Part shown: positions 13,401-24,400 of the stretch, piece by piece
How the letters are laid out: every line of letters starts with the position of its first letter
Numbering within the stretch: position 1 is the first letter of the stretch
Notes under the pieces: generated by a model
The model's database searches: none
What the model was told of the DNA's origin: nothing
Seen by the model: the letters and a program-made list of their open reading frames with translations, nothing else
Assembly: GCF_016433145.1 (NCBI RefSeq)
Contig: NC_058131.1
Coordinates: forward strand, 231,628,115-231,692,114
Direction of reading: 5' to 3'
DNA length: 64,000 bases
DNA from: Gracilinanus agilis
Lineage: Eukaryota
Position numbers and translations under genes: made by a program

Positions 13401-16400
13401 TAATGTTGAATTCTACATACTCAGAGAAGAAAACCAGAATTAAACAATCCTATGTAAAATATATTTTTAACTTTATGAAATTATCATGTACAATAGGAAT
13501 TATAGAATATTACATGAATAAGGAACAGAAAGTTATAAGAACTTGATTCAAATTCCCCAATATCAAAGTTTTCTGTTAAGGATCTAAGCCAAATCAAGTG
13601 AAATATGTCCTTTGTTTCAGGGCAAGAAGAATGTCAAAGCTTTTTACTTCACCACTAAATTCCTTTTGTGATGCCTCATATAGTCGCAAAGGTGATTGAA
13701 TTTTCAAAAAAATGATGCCAGAAGAATGTAATTTCTAACAGGTGGCTTAAATAGGCTTGGCAATAGTTATATAAATGTTATCTAAGAGTCTAGCTAACTC
13801 TGAAAGGTTCATTACTAAAAGAATGGCCACTACTAGCAATACTACAAAATAAATTTGGTTTTGGCTACAGCAATTAGTGAAAATGGTCTGGTAAGGCATG
13901 AAGAAGTTGAGTGGATGAGCATTGATGTAAATCTTTTGGAATACTGAAAAAAACATAGGCACCATATTCCCCTTTTTAACTGCAAGACCTTTGAGGGCAG
14001 GGTTCTCATCTTATCTAAACTTTGTATATTTCCCAGTACTTAGCAAAATGCTAGGTGCACAGTAGGCACATAAATGTTTGTTGAAATGAATTACTGGCAA
14101 ACCCAGAAAGAGTACACTTTTACAGAAGAAGCACGTAAAAGTTGAACTATTAAGTTGAATCTGAAAATTTATATAGCATACAGAGGGGAAATTAGATTTT
14201 ATAATATTTTAAAGTGTAGCCATAGATAAAGAATCTATGGCATAGAAAATATTCAATTTCTAATATCAAAGTCTACAGACCTTCTCTGTCAAAAAATCCC
14301 TGTAGAGCCTTTTTGGGATCCTTTATATAAAATGCCTCACGTTCCTGCTGAAATTCTATGACAATAGGGTTCTCTTCAATTTCATCTTCAATAGCATCTT
14401 CTCCTGTAGGAGTAGGGCGAAGGGAGGAAATCAAAGAGAATGTTATACATGTGATTTAGAAAGGGAGAAGGAAAAAAAAGAGGAAAATCTCACCAAATAA
14501 TATTCACTACCTTATTTCAATAAAGAATGTTAGGCTATACAAAATAGAGATAATAAATGATCACCACAAATCCCAAGTGTGCCATTCATCAATATCTTAA
14601 CAAAACCAGGATGAAAATGGGAAAATGGACTAGCCAGAGAAATCTAGTCTTAGGTATAATAGCTAAGTGCTATGAAGAAAATCACACCCATTTGGGGAAG
14701 TGGAAGGTGGAAACCACTCACCAATTTATCTTGAGGGGGGAAAAGTCTAAATTCTTCAGTTTGGCAATCTTGGGTCTATCTCTACAACTTTCCTAAAATA
14801 AGAGTTTACTGGAGCAAAGTCTAGTGTAAACTCCAGAATTGTCAGTGTCCTCTGAAAGTTCTTCAGCTTGGAATGCCCTCACATCCTCTCATGTTTTAAG
14901 TCCTACTTTAACTTTAAAGCCCTGCTCTCCTTTGAAGCATTCTCCAACTGTTCAAGCCCTTGGTGACTAACTGTTCCATTCCCTGACCTCCTGAAACATA
15001 CTGTCTATATTATTTATTTGGCATGAAATCTTATATTAATATTCATCATTTTAAGCATATACATGCTTTAAATATCCCCAGTGCCTAGTAGAGTGCCATG
15101 ATACAGTAAGTATTGGATAGTTCCTTGTTGACACTGTTCAGGGATGAAAAGCATTAAATAATTTCTCTAAATCCCAGGTTCCTCATCTGTAAGATGAAGG
15201 GTTCAGTCTAAATTATCTTTAAGTTCTAAGATCTTTCTAACTCTATGATTCCATGAGATATGCTGTTTTCCTCTCCAAAATTGGAATGTATATACCTCTA
15301 TATATAAGTAAATGCAAAGGAAAGTTTTAGTATTTTAATTGATCCTTTTTTGCACATATTCAATGGTGACATATAAAAAGCTCCATTATAGAAAAAATGT
15401 TGGTAGAGGATCCCTAAATTCATAGAATCCAAGCTGAAAGAGAATCCTCTCACGTTATAGATGAGAAGGCTGAGGATCAGAAAAATGGCAGTCAGGCTTT
15501 GAGCCTAAGTCTTCTAACTTCCAACTTCAAAGCTCTTTCCAATATAACATACTGCTTCTCCATGTTTTTAAACTGCCAAGAACAAGGACCAAGGAGGACA
15601 TATGGAATTTTTTTCATAATGTGCTATTTACTTTATAGTCATAAAATCTTTCATTTGACAATTTCCCATACTTTATTGTATTATATGTAAATAAGGGCAT
15701 TCTCCTAAGAAGAGAAAGTGATCATTTAGACCTGGGTTAGAGTTTAAATAACTTTCATTAAGTGCTTTGCCTATATCTCAGGGGAGGATTTTTAAGGTCA
15801 CTTAGATTGACCCTCTCATTGTAAAAAAGAAACTGAGGCCCAAAGAGATTAGGTGACTTGATGGGAGAAGTGTGTTCAATCAAAATCCTGTTGACAGTAT
15901 TGATAATATAACTGAATTCCTAAGCAAAGTTTTATTCATAGCAGAATTATAATAAAGAGTAGAAACTCTTTAATAGTCCGGGATCTGTTGATAGTTCTGT
16001 GACCTCCAGCAAGCAATTTCAACCTTGGAACTCAGTTTTCTGGTTTTAAAAATGGGAATAGTAATTGTCACTCCCTCTATACTTCATAGAATTGTTATGA
16101 GGCCCAAGTAGATGTTAAGACCCTTTGAGACATAAGGCAAGTATAAAATACAATAAATGATATGCTAAAAAAAAGTCTGATTTCCTCTCTTAGTATCTTC
16201 CATTTCTTACCCATTCCCCAAGTACACCCCATCTCAACATCCTGACTACTAGTATTTCTCTTCTCTTCTGTGGCATCTGTCTCTTCTTCCTCATCTGAGT
16301 CTTCACCCAACATCTTCTTCTCTAATTTCATCTGCTGCTGCTTTCGCAAAGCCTTCAACTGAGTTACCGTTAGTTCGGATTCTGCCTCCTTATCATCTTC

Positions 16401-17288
16401 TGGTCCCTGTTGAGTCAAGTAAAACAATCCCTTTAAGAAGTGGGGGCAGAAGCCGTAAGGAAGTCTATCTAAGAACCAGAAGGTATAATAACCCTCAACT
16501 TTGGGAAAAGCTGATAGGGAAGCTGCCCAGATACAAAATGATAACCCAATTTAGGGAGCTGGGGGTGAGGCTCCGGGAAGGTCTAGATTTTCAGGACTTT
16601 TCTTTACCTGCAGGATAAAGAGCCGGGTGCTGCCGCCGAAGCGGAGGACGTGGCCCACGTGGACGCGGCAGTAGGTGCGGGGAGGGACGCGGGCCTTGTT
16701 CAGAAAGGTGCCGTGGGTGCTCCCCAGGTCATACAGGTAGAAGCCGGGTCCGCGGGGGTCGTCGTCCACCTCCGGGCCCCTCACCCGGTGCTGCAGCACG
16801 GCGTGGAAGCGGGAGACTGAAGGGTGCTCCAGGACCACGTCGCAGCTAGGCAGGCGCCCGAACACGCAGCGGCTTCGGCCCTCCAGACTGCGGCTACCCA
16901 GGATAGTACCGCCCTTCAGCGTCTCCAGACTGTAGGGGACGTCAGGGGCCCCCCCCCACGGCGGCTCCTGATACGGGGGAGCTGGAGCCGGGCTTCCAGC
17001 CCGAGAGGTCGCCGCCCTCGATGGCCGTGGCTTTTCCTCGGCTGAGGACCCGGGTCCAGGCTCCTCCGTGACGTCTCGCCGCCGGACAGGCCTGGCTCTT
17101 TGCTCCCCAGAACCTCCAGCCAGTGGTGTATCCTCCTCCCCCTCCTTCTCTTCCTCTCGCTCCTGGGGAGCGGGTCCCAGGGCAAGGTCCCGCGGAGCCG
17201 AGGACAGCGGCAGGACCGGCTTTTTGAAGTCACCCTCGGGAGGCTCGGGGCTGGACCCCTGCCCCACCTCGGAAGAGAGCGCCGCCAT
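1332..17288 (-). CDS. SLC4A1AP: Kanadaptin (SLC4A1 adaptor protein), 5' part: coding exons 1-9, gene continues beyond the left window edge
   Basis: Nine GT-AG exons join in frame to 1731 nt (577 codons): 17288-16608, 16406-16211, 14403-14281, 13332-13272, 10411-10272, 9709-9549, 6718-6649, 2326-2140, 1443-1332. Contains an FHA domain ([27 protein letters not shown]), a dsRBD-like segment, [10 protein letters not shown] and [11 protein letters not shown]. Confidence 0.96.
2140..2326 (-). CDS. SLC4A1AP: SLC4A1AP exon 8
   Basis: [18 protein letters not shown]...PELK; 187 nt. Confidence 0.94.
3298..3550 (-). mobile_element. MIR-family SINE, preceded by a (GGAAA)n microsatellite
   Basis: CORE motif ATTATCCCCATTTT..GAGAAAACTGAGGC..AGGTTAAGTGATTTG. 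Confidence 0.75.
3560..4450 (+). mobile_element. Degenerate L1 ORF2 fragment
   Basis: A-rich, with a TTTACAGATGATGTG (FADD-like) RT remnant. Confidence 0.55.
5160..6300 (+). mobile_element. Degenerate L1 3' ORF2 fragment
   Basis: AAAAGTGGTCAAAAGACATGAATAG, GAGATATCACCT, ACACTGTTGGT..GACTGGTACAAAC motifs. Confidence 0.6.
5233..5419 (-). mobile_element. Young SINE (SINE1_Mdo-like, short-tail subfamily) inserted in L1
   Basis: 14-bp TSD AATAGTCAACTTTT at 5219-5232 and 5420-5433. Confidence 0.92.
6649..6718 (-). CDS. SLC4A1AP: SLC4A1AP exon 7
   Basis: [23 protein letters not shown]; 70 nt; phases match neighbouring exons. Confidence 0.9.
6780..7380 (+). mobile_element. Marsupial L1 3' end
   Basis: CCCAAAGAGATCAAAGAA..GCAGCTCTTTT..GTGCCCATCAATTGGG; same family as 37860 and 47780. 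Confidence 0.75.
7400..8560 (-). mobile_element. L2 LINE fragment
   Basis: Long degenerate GA-rich stretch typical of antisense L2. Confidence 0.55.
8616..8800 (-). mobile_element. SINE (SINE1_Mdo-like)
   Basis: Poly-T, then the reverse consensus ending TTGCCCC. Confidence 0.85.
9549..9709 (-). CDS. SLC4A1AP: SLC4A1AP exon 6
   Basis: [28 protein letters not shown]...YDSL; 161 nt. Confidence 0.95.
10272..10411 (-). CDS. SLC4A1AP: SLC4A1AP exon 5
   Basis: [14 protein letters not shown]...LRQEA; 140 nt. Confidence 0.94.
11598..11794 (+). mobile_element. hAT (Charlie-like) MITE, 197 bp
   Basis: TIRs CAGTGATTACCAAA / TTTGGGAACCACTG; exact 8-bp TSD CACTAAAT at 11590-11597 and 11795-11802. Confidence 0.92.
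12262..12452 (+). mobile_element. SINE (SINE1_Mdo-like)
   Basis: Consensus body and A-rich tail. Confidence 0.82.
13272..13332 (-). CDS. SLC4A1AP: SLC4A1AP exon 4
   Basis: [19 protein letters not shown]; 61 nt. Confidence 0.93.
14281..14403 (-). CDS. SLC4A1AP: SLC4A1AP exon 3
   Basis: [13 protein letters not shown]...[13 protein letters not shown]; 123 nt. Confidence 0.93.
16211..16406 (-). CDS. SLC4A1AP: SLC4A1AP exon 2
   Basis: [18 protein letters not shown]...GCTWGM; 196 nt; AG/GT flanks. Confidence 0.95.
16608..17288 (-). CDS. SLC4A1AP: SLC4A1AP exon 1 (FHA domain)
   Basis: ATG in AAGATGG context. In-frame TGA upstream at 17408-17406, so no longer AUG-initiated form. Donor CAG|GTAAAG. 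Confidence 0.93.
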
Positions 17289-17529
17289 CTTCGCGAGGTC
17301 CAGGGTCTTACAAGGTCCGCCGGAAACCGGACTCCGAGAATTCCAAGTTCCCCATTTCAGCTTCAAGCCTTCTCCGGGGAAAGGCGGCGCAGGAGCTTGT
17401 CGACTTCAATTATCTCACCTCACCTCTGCAATTTCGCCAACGAGACCAAATTACTGTTCGAAAATTACCGAATAAAGGAAGCTTGGTGTCTTGGAAAAGG
17501 AGGATAAATTAATGGGTTGCACCATTTAG

Positions 17530-17710
17530 TGACGACTTCCGGAGGCCACTTCCGACCCGAGGAGGGATCTCTAGTCAGCCGCCGAGTTCTGGGGTATCTG
17601 CTCTTAATTTACGCGCTATTCTCCTGCAGCCCCTCGCCGGACTGGCGTTTCTGGAGGTTCCGAGGCCGGTCTCAGACGTCACTCTCTCCCAGCAGCGCCC
17701 CCGCAAGCCG
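17530..17710 (+). other. SUPT7L: SUPT7L 5' UTR exon 1 (start approximate)
   Basis: Strong donor CCG|GTAAGT after 17710 inside the CpG island, upstream of the SUPT7L CDS on the same strand. Confidence 0.7.
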
Positions 17711-19419
17711 GTAAGTACTCTCCTAACCTTTACTTAGTCTCTCCCCACTCCTCTCTCACACATTCTCGATAGAGTTTAGACATAGAACTCGGAGGAGACC
17801 ACCGAAGTCATCTAAGGTCAACCCCTGAAAAAAAACTAAGACCCCGAGAGCTTAAGGAGTCATAGCTGGTGACAGTCACGTTTCAAGCCCGGAACCCCTG
17901 ACTCCAGCACGCATCACGCGGCCTCACATCATCAGACCGGCCTCCTAGTTTTACATTTGAGAAAATGGAGAGCCCCTGAAAGCAAGTGACTTGCTCAAGA
18001 TCAGATAGAAAATAGATGGCTCAGCCGCTACTGAACTCCTGTTTTGAACCCTCAAATGTAGAACTATTTTTACCGAACTCTGTTCCTGTTGCCTGTTGTC
18101 AAGGCCCTCTCAAGCTGATTTCTTTTTTTTTAACCCTTACCTTCTGTCTTAGAGTCAATACAATGTATTTGTTCTAAGACAAAAAGAGCAGTAAAAGGGG
18201 GGTTAAGTGACTTTCCCATGGTCACAAAAACTAGGAAGTGCTTCAAATTAATTTCTGAGGCAGTCTACCCTTTCCTCTCACAAACACACAGAATTGTTAA
18301 GGGACCTCAGAGCCATCTAATTCAACTTCAACGTGAATAGGAATCCCCTCAATGACATTCCCTATAAATTATCATCTAATCTTTACTCAAACATCCTCCC
18401 AGAAGGGAAATGACAAAACTTCCTAAGGAGAAAGCCATTCAACTTTGGGAAACCTCAAGTTTTTCCTATTTCTATCCTAAATTTTCTCCTTTGGAAAAGA
18501 GGAAAAATCGAATACTACTTCTATTTGATAGCCCTTCAAAGACACCAGTCAAATCCCTTCTCAGATTTCCTTTTCTCCAGGTTAAATATGTTCTGTTCCT
18601 TCAGCAGATCTTTATAGAGTAGATTCTTAACCACTTATAGCAAGGCAGAATGTATAGAGTTCTGGACCTGGAGTTAGGAAAACCTGGGTTAACATTCCAT
18701 GACTTAGTATTGATTCTGTTGTAGGAAAAAACACTCCAAAGTTTGTAGCAGAGTCTCATCCCAAGAAAGAGAGACCGAAAACTCAGTTCTTGTCCAGGGG
18801 TATGAAAGTCTTTATTTGAAAAGGAGAGATTTAAGGCCACTGAAATAGCCTCGGGGATGGATCAGAGTGTGCATATTTATTAAATAGTTCACCCCTGGGT
18901 GCTTTGGGGGTATTCAAAGCAGAAAACCCCAGTGGAGGAGAAGCCTCACTATCTCCCTGGAATGCCCTCATCTCAATGTGAAAGGTAGGGAGGATACAGT
19001 GCAGTATAAGACCAGTATAGCTAATGTAAATACAGAACAGAACAGTGCAAGACTATTATAAACTGACTAACAATATACAGCAATTAAAAATGTTTAGTAA
19101 TACAGATTTTGCAACTTTTGCCAACTTAGTGCTAACTAGTGAAAAATACAAGACTTCAGAGTCTTGGGGATCCCACTTCTATCACTGCCCATCTCCATCA
19201 GTTCTTATCTTGTGAGCCTGGGTGACTTCCTGAATTTCTCTGGATATCAGTTACTTTACTTGTAATATAGAGATAATATTAACTGTAGTATCTACCTCAC
19301 TCCAGGATTCTTGTGAAGCTTTAATGAGATAGCACAGGTAAAGTATTTTGCAAATTTAAAATGTTATATAAATGTCAGTTCTTTTATTTCCTGGCTTGCC
19401 CTGGCCAAGGTGTGTCATC

Positions 19420-19650
19420 AGAGAAATGTATAATCAAGAAGGAACATGAACTGGTCATGTGGCAGAGCAAGAGACGGAAGACCCATTTGCTACAATGGCA
19501 TACTTTCAGTGTCCCCCCAAAAAAGGGAAAGCAAACCACATATTAGATGGATACCTTGTTGCAAACTTAGGAGAAGATGGACAAAAGAGTCTGATAGAAT
19601 GGGCAAGTGTGGATGGACTGCAATCCACATCATATCAATATATATCCAGT
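19420..19650 (+). mobile_element. RTE-clade LINE 3' fragment
   Basis: Frameshifted remnants of the RTE C-terminus (GHVA / RARDGR ... RW). Confidence 0.6.
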
Positions 19651-19770
19651 TGTTCTCTTTTCAGGGCTGAGCATAGCCAGATTGTTACTTTTCTAGTCAT
19701 GGAGACTATACATGCCTTAATTTGGCCCAAGATCTCATTCATTTTATTGGATACCATATGATACTGTTGA

Positions 19771-19970
19771 CTTTTTTTTTAAACCCTTACCTTCCACCTT
19801 AGAATCAATGCTGTGTATTGGTTCTAAGGCATATGAGTGGTAAGGGTGAGGCAATAGGGGTTACGTGATTTGCCCAGGGTCACCCAGCTAGGAAGTGTCT
19901 GAGGCCATATTTGAACCTAAGACTTCCCATCTCTTGCCTGACTCTCAATCCACAGAGCTACCCAGCTGTC
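19771..19970 (-). mobile_element. SINE (SINE1_Mdo-like)
   Basis: Full-length reverse copy. Confidence 0.85.
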
Positions 19971-20765
19971 CCTCACTGTTTTTTGTAGAGCTTGCAGTTT
20001 ACTAAACCTCCAGACCTTCTTTAGGTGAACTCCTTTCTCCCTATTCTTGTTCAAACAAAGCTGCAACTAGACAAGTGAATTGAGCTGCCAGGTCTAGGTT
20101 TTTAAATTTAGAGATATTTTATTTTCCCAGTTACATGTAATAGCAATTTTCAGCATATGTTTTCCAAAATTATAAGCTCTAAATTGTCTTCTTCCTTCTC
20201 TCCCCCTCTCCCTCACACTCTAGGAGTTGATAAGCATTTTGATCTGGATTGTACATGTATTAAAGGATAACTAATTTTTAAAGAAGTTTTTCTCTACATC
20301 AAGCCTACATCTGCTTCTTAGCAATGTCCTACCCAGTGTTGTTAGTTTTGCATTTGCCTATGTTTGGATATGCATATCATCATAGCATTGTCATCATAAC
20401 TGATAGCTTTTAAGTTTGCAGAGTTTTTTACATACAGAATCCTATTTGAACCTCACAACAATCCTATGAGATAGGTACTGTAGGGAAAATTATACTCGTT
20501 TCAGAGAAGAGGAAAGAAATTCAGAGATGGGAAGCAATTTACCTTTGGCCAGTAAGTATCAGAGACAGGATGTAAACCCAGGTCTTGACTTCTTTGTTTT
20601 TGTTTTTGTTTTTAATTTTTAAATATTTTTTCATGGTTACATGATTCATTTTCTCTCTCTCCCTTCTTTCCTTCCCCCTTCTTGACTTAATGAAGGTTAA
20701 AATTACATTAGCTTTGTTGTCAGTTTGCTTGATTGTGATGATAAACATGTAATTTTTTTTTTCAG

Positions 20766-20891
20766 ATCAGAAATTACATATTTCTTCAATGACAACTATG
20801 TTGATCCTTCTAAAGTACTACTGGCAGACATTTTTCTTGGTAGTCTTGGACAGCTTGACCTTTCTTCCTCTGACAAAGATGATGTAAGGAG
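20766..20891 (+). other. SUPT7L: SUPT7L 5' UTR exon 2 (alternative donors after 20883 or 20891)
   Basis: T-tract followed by CAG acceptor at 20763-20765; donors GAT|GTAAGG and GAG|GTAACT; 81-89 nt intron to the next acceptor. Confidence 0.65.
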
Positions 20892-20988
20892 GTAACTTAT
20901 GCACTCTGCTTTCCATTTTGGAAGTCTGTCTTGTGGATTGGGAATCATTGCTTTTGTTACACTTAAATTTAGCAAGTCACTCTCAAAA

Positions 20989-21401
20989 ATGTTGAGATAC
21001 TGGGGAGAGATCCCAATATCATCCAACCAAGCTAACAGAAGCTCCTTTGATTTGCTCCCACGGGAGTTCCGTCTGGTGGAAGTCCAGGATCCACTCCTTC
21101 ACCAACCCTCTGCCAATAAGCCACGACCAACCACCATGCTGGACATCCCATCCGAGCCTTGCAGCCTCACCACCCACACAATCCAACTTATCCAACACAA
21201 CCGGCGCCTACGAAGTCTCATTGCTACAGCCCAGGCCCAGATGCAGCAACAGGCAGAGGGCATTAAAACTGAAGAGAGTGAACCACTTCCATCTTGTCCA
21301 GCTTCACCTCCCCTTCCTGATGACCTGCTTTCGTTGGATAGCAAGACTGGTAAAATGCCATTCCAGCTCAGGCACAGTGACCCAGAGAGTGACTTTTACC
21401 G
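20989..21401 (+). CDS. SUPT7L: SUPT7L coding exon 1
   Basis: Acceptor TTTAG| at 20972; ATG 20989; donor CCG|GTAAGG. Confidence 0.94.
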
Positions 21402-24400
21402 GTAAGGCAGGGATCTAAGACATTTGGTTAAGAGAATATGCAAAATGAGTTGGTCCAATCTATTTTAAATGCTTTAGTGGCTCTTTGAAAACAATGAAAT
21501 GCAGTTATTGCTCCTGAACAGGCAAGCAGTTACTTTTCTAGTCTGATTGTTGAATGACACATGTCAGGTGAGTAGTAGAAAGAACATTATTTTACTCTCT
21601 ATCTACTTTCTAGGAGGAGAAAGGAGTGGTAAAGTTGATATATAAGTTAGCAAGCCATTTATAAAAATTAAGTTTAGAAGATCAAATACCTCTGTCTAGA
21701 GGAACCCTTTAACAACACAGCCTTACCTCCCAAGTATGAAGAGTTCTTCAGAAATATTAGAAAAGTAGAAAAGCCTTCAAGGTTGGTTTTTTGGTTTTAA
21801 CATATTTTCTTTAATTTTTCATCTTAAAGCCAAACATAGTATTGGATATTAAGGATATCTTTTTTAAAAAAACTCTCACCTTCTGTTTTAGAATTGGTAC
21901 TAAGTATTAGTTCCAAGGCAGAAAAGCAATTAGGATTAGGCAGTTGGGATTAAGTGACTTGTTCAGGGCCAAACAGCCAGAGAGTGACTAAAGCCAGATT
22001 TAAACCCAGGACCTCCCATCTCCAGGCCCAGCTCTTTATCCACTGAGCCAGCTAGTTGTCCCTGTTAAACATATCTTTGATAAATGCCCAATTTTTCCAA
22101 CTCTGGCTTATATCTAAAAGTCCTATTTTTTCTTTCTTGTGTCCATGGACTTGGAGAAACACACAACAAATATGTTTAGTCAAAATAAATTGTTTTTATT
22201 TGTTTTTTCTTTAATTCTTAGTGATTTAGAACATTATTCCATATGACTATTGATAGCTTATATTTCTTCCTTTCAAAACTGCTAGTTTGTATCTTTTGAC
22301 GAGCAGGGAATTTGCCATATCTTTGTTTAACATTAGTACTTTTCTGGTACACTAACCTGGCCATTTTAAAGAAGCACATGGCAAAGCAGAAAATATTCCC
22401 TCAGTTAAGATTATTCTTCCACATATGATTGTTTTGTAATGTCTACAAGGTTAGGGAGTTGCTCCATTCAAAATTCCTTTTGTTGAGAGTTATCACATAA
22501 CCTACTTGCAGAACTAGGTGCAATTGTGCTATCATTGTATTTAAAATGTTCACAAGAGGTAACTAAATATTTACTACATAGTAGAAACTGAAGATGACTT
22601 CTGTATCCATAGAATGTTCATTGAAACACAGGAGTTGAAATTGGCTAAAAGAGAACTAAACTTAGGGAGTTCCAAGATGTGATCATGGGGTGCCTGGGAT
22701 ATGTTCAGGCAGTATAAGAATGAAGCCAGGATTGTGAAGCAGGGGAACTAACTTGACCAAAATTTCCCTACAATGGAAGTTGGATTTCTTGAAGCTGAAA
22801 AAACCCCAGGAAGGCCAGCATAGATTTCGCATACAGTGTGAGCCCTGGGCTCAAGGCTGAGGCTTCTCTGGCTGAGGACTAATTAGCCCTGCCTGGGTCA
22901 AGCCAGGGGCCAGAGCAAATTACTTAGTGTGTTAGGTTAGATATCTTATCCTATCCTCTCTCTGATTTTCTTACTTTCACTCTCTCTTCTTAATTATAAA
23001 TAAACCACCATAAAAGTCATTCTGACTTGAGTTTTTTTCATTTTGGAATTGAGCAATCAATTCCTGGCAACCAGAACTTTTAATATTCAGTCCAACCATA
23101 ATTTTTCCCTATCAAACTCATAACACTGCTCTGTCTCTACTTTTCAGAGGAAAGGGGGAACCTGTGACTGAACTGAGTTGGAGCTCCTGTCGTCAGCTGC
23201 TTTACCAGTCAGTAGCCACAATCCTGGCTCACGCAGGCTTTGAATGTGCAAATGAAAGTGTCCTAGAGACTCTAACAGATGTGGCACATGAATATTGCCT
23301 TAAATTCACCAAGCTACTACGTTTTGCAGTGGACCGGGAGGCCCAGTTGGGACAGACTCCCTTTCCTGATGTTATGGAGCAGGTGTTCCATGAGGTGGGC
23401 ATTGGCAGTGTACTGTCTCTGCAGAAGTTCTGGCAGCACCGCATCAAGGACTATCACAGTTATATGTTACAGGTGAGGGGACCATGTGAAGAAGTAAACA
23501 AAGGAAACTGAATTGGGTTCACTTAATCCCTTGAATTGGAGTAGAGTGGAAGGTATAGGAAAAGAGAAGAATCTGCATCTTTGGTGATCTTGTCCTTTTG
23601 TTTGTTTGTTGCCCAACCCTCATTCCATGTTTTCAGTGGGTGACCCCTCTATTAGTAATATTCCCAAAGGACAGAATTTAACAAGGACCAGCATTTAACA
23701 GATCTGCTAAAAAGAGATAAAGACTGAGGTAGTAAATATATTCAGGGCTCTGAACTCAAGACCAGAAATTTGTCTTTAATCTGATCTTCTTTTGTGGCCA
23801 TAAGCAGACCCCTTGGCCATTGCTTCAGTTTCCCCAAGGCTAAATGGAAGAAAGTATTTCTAACACTAACAAGAAAGTCTTCCTTAATTAACCCAGGTCT
23901 ACATGTCATCTATAATTATACCTATTTGGGGTACATATATTGCTAAATGTTAGTTCCTGCATTAAAAATAGAACCTTTTCACTGTCTCCTATTTCTATCA
24001 ATATCTTTCTTCACATTTTTTCATATACACATACCCTCTATCATAAATAAGCTTTCTCACACCTTTCATGCCTTCCTCTCATTCATGTGCTAAATAAATC
24101 TCATCTTTGAACTTATTTTGAACTTCTCTGTCATTCATACTCTTCCCTTTCCAACCCTCTCACCCCCCCTTTTTTTCCCCAGGGGAAGAAAGATGAAGAT
24201 CAACTTGCCTTCACCATTCTTTTGGAAAACTTTGTCTCTTGCCTGCTGACAGGTTAGCAAGCAGCTCTCCGAGGAGTATGAGAAGATTGTAAATCCTGAG
24301 AAGGCCACAGAAGATGCCAAACCGGTAAAGATCAAAGAGGAACTTGTCAGTGATATCACCTTCCCTGTCAGTGAGGAGTTGGAAGGAGACCTTGCATCTG

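Larger units (their letters stand above)
16600..17950. promoter_or_regulatory. CpG island / bidirectional promoter of SLC4A1AP and SUPT7L
   Basis: High CpG density against a CpG-depleted background. YY1-type GCCGCCATCTT at 17281-17291 lies over the SLC4A1AP start. Tandem ETS/GABP ACTTCCG(G) at 17535-17542 and 17548-17554. Confidence 0.85.

Noticed and set aside
17289-17366. N-terminal extension of SLC4A1AP suggested by the ORF track
   Set aside because: It starts at TTG, has no in-frame ATG, and there is an in-frame TGA at 17408-17406.
16824-17507. Overlapping alternative-frame and antisense ORFs over SLC4A1AP exon 1
   Set aside because: Expected in a GC-rich CpG island with few stop codons; no independent evidence.
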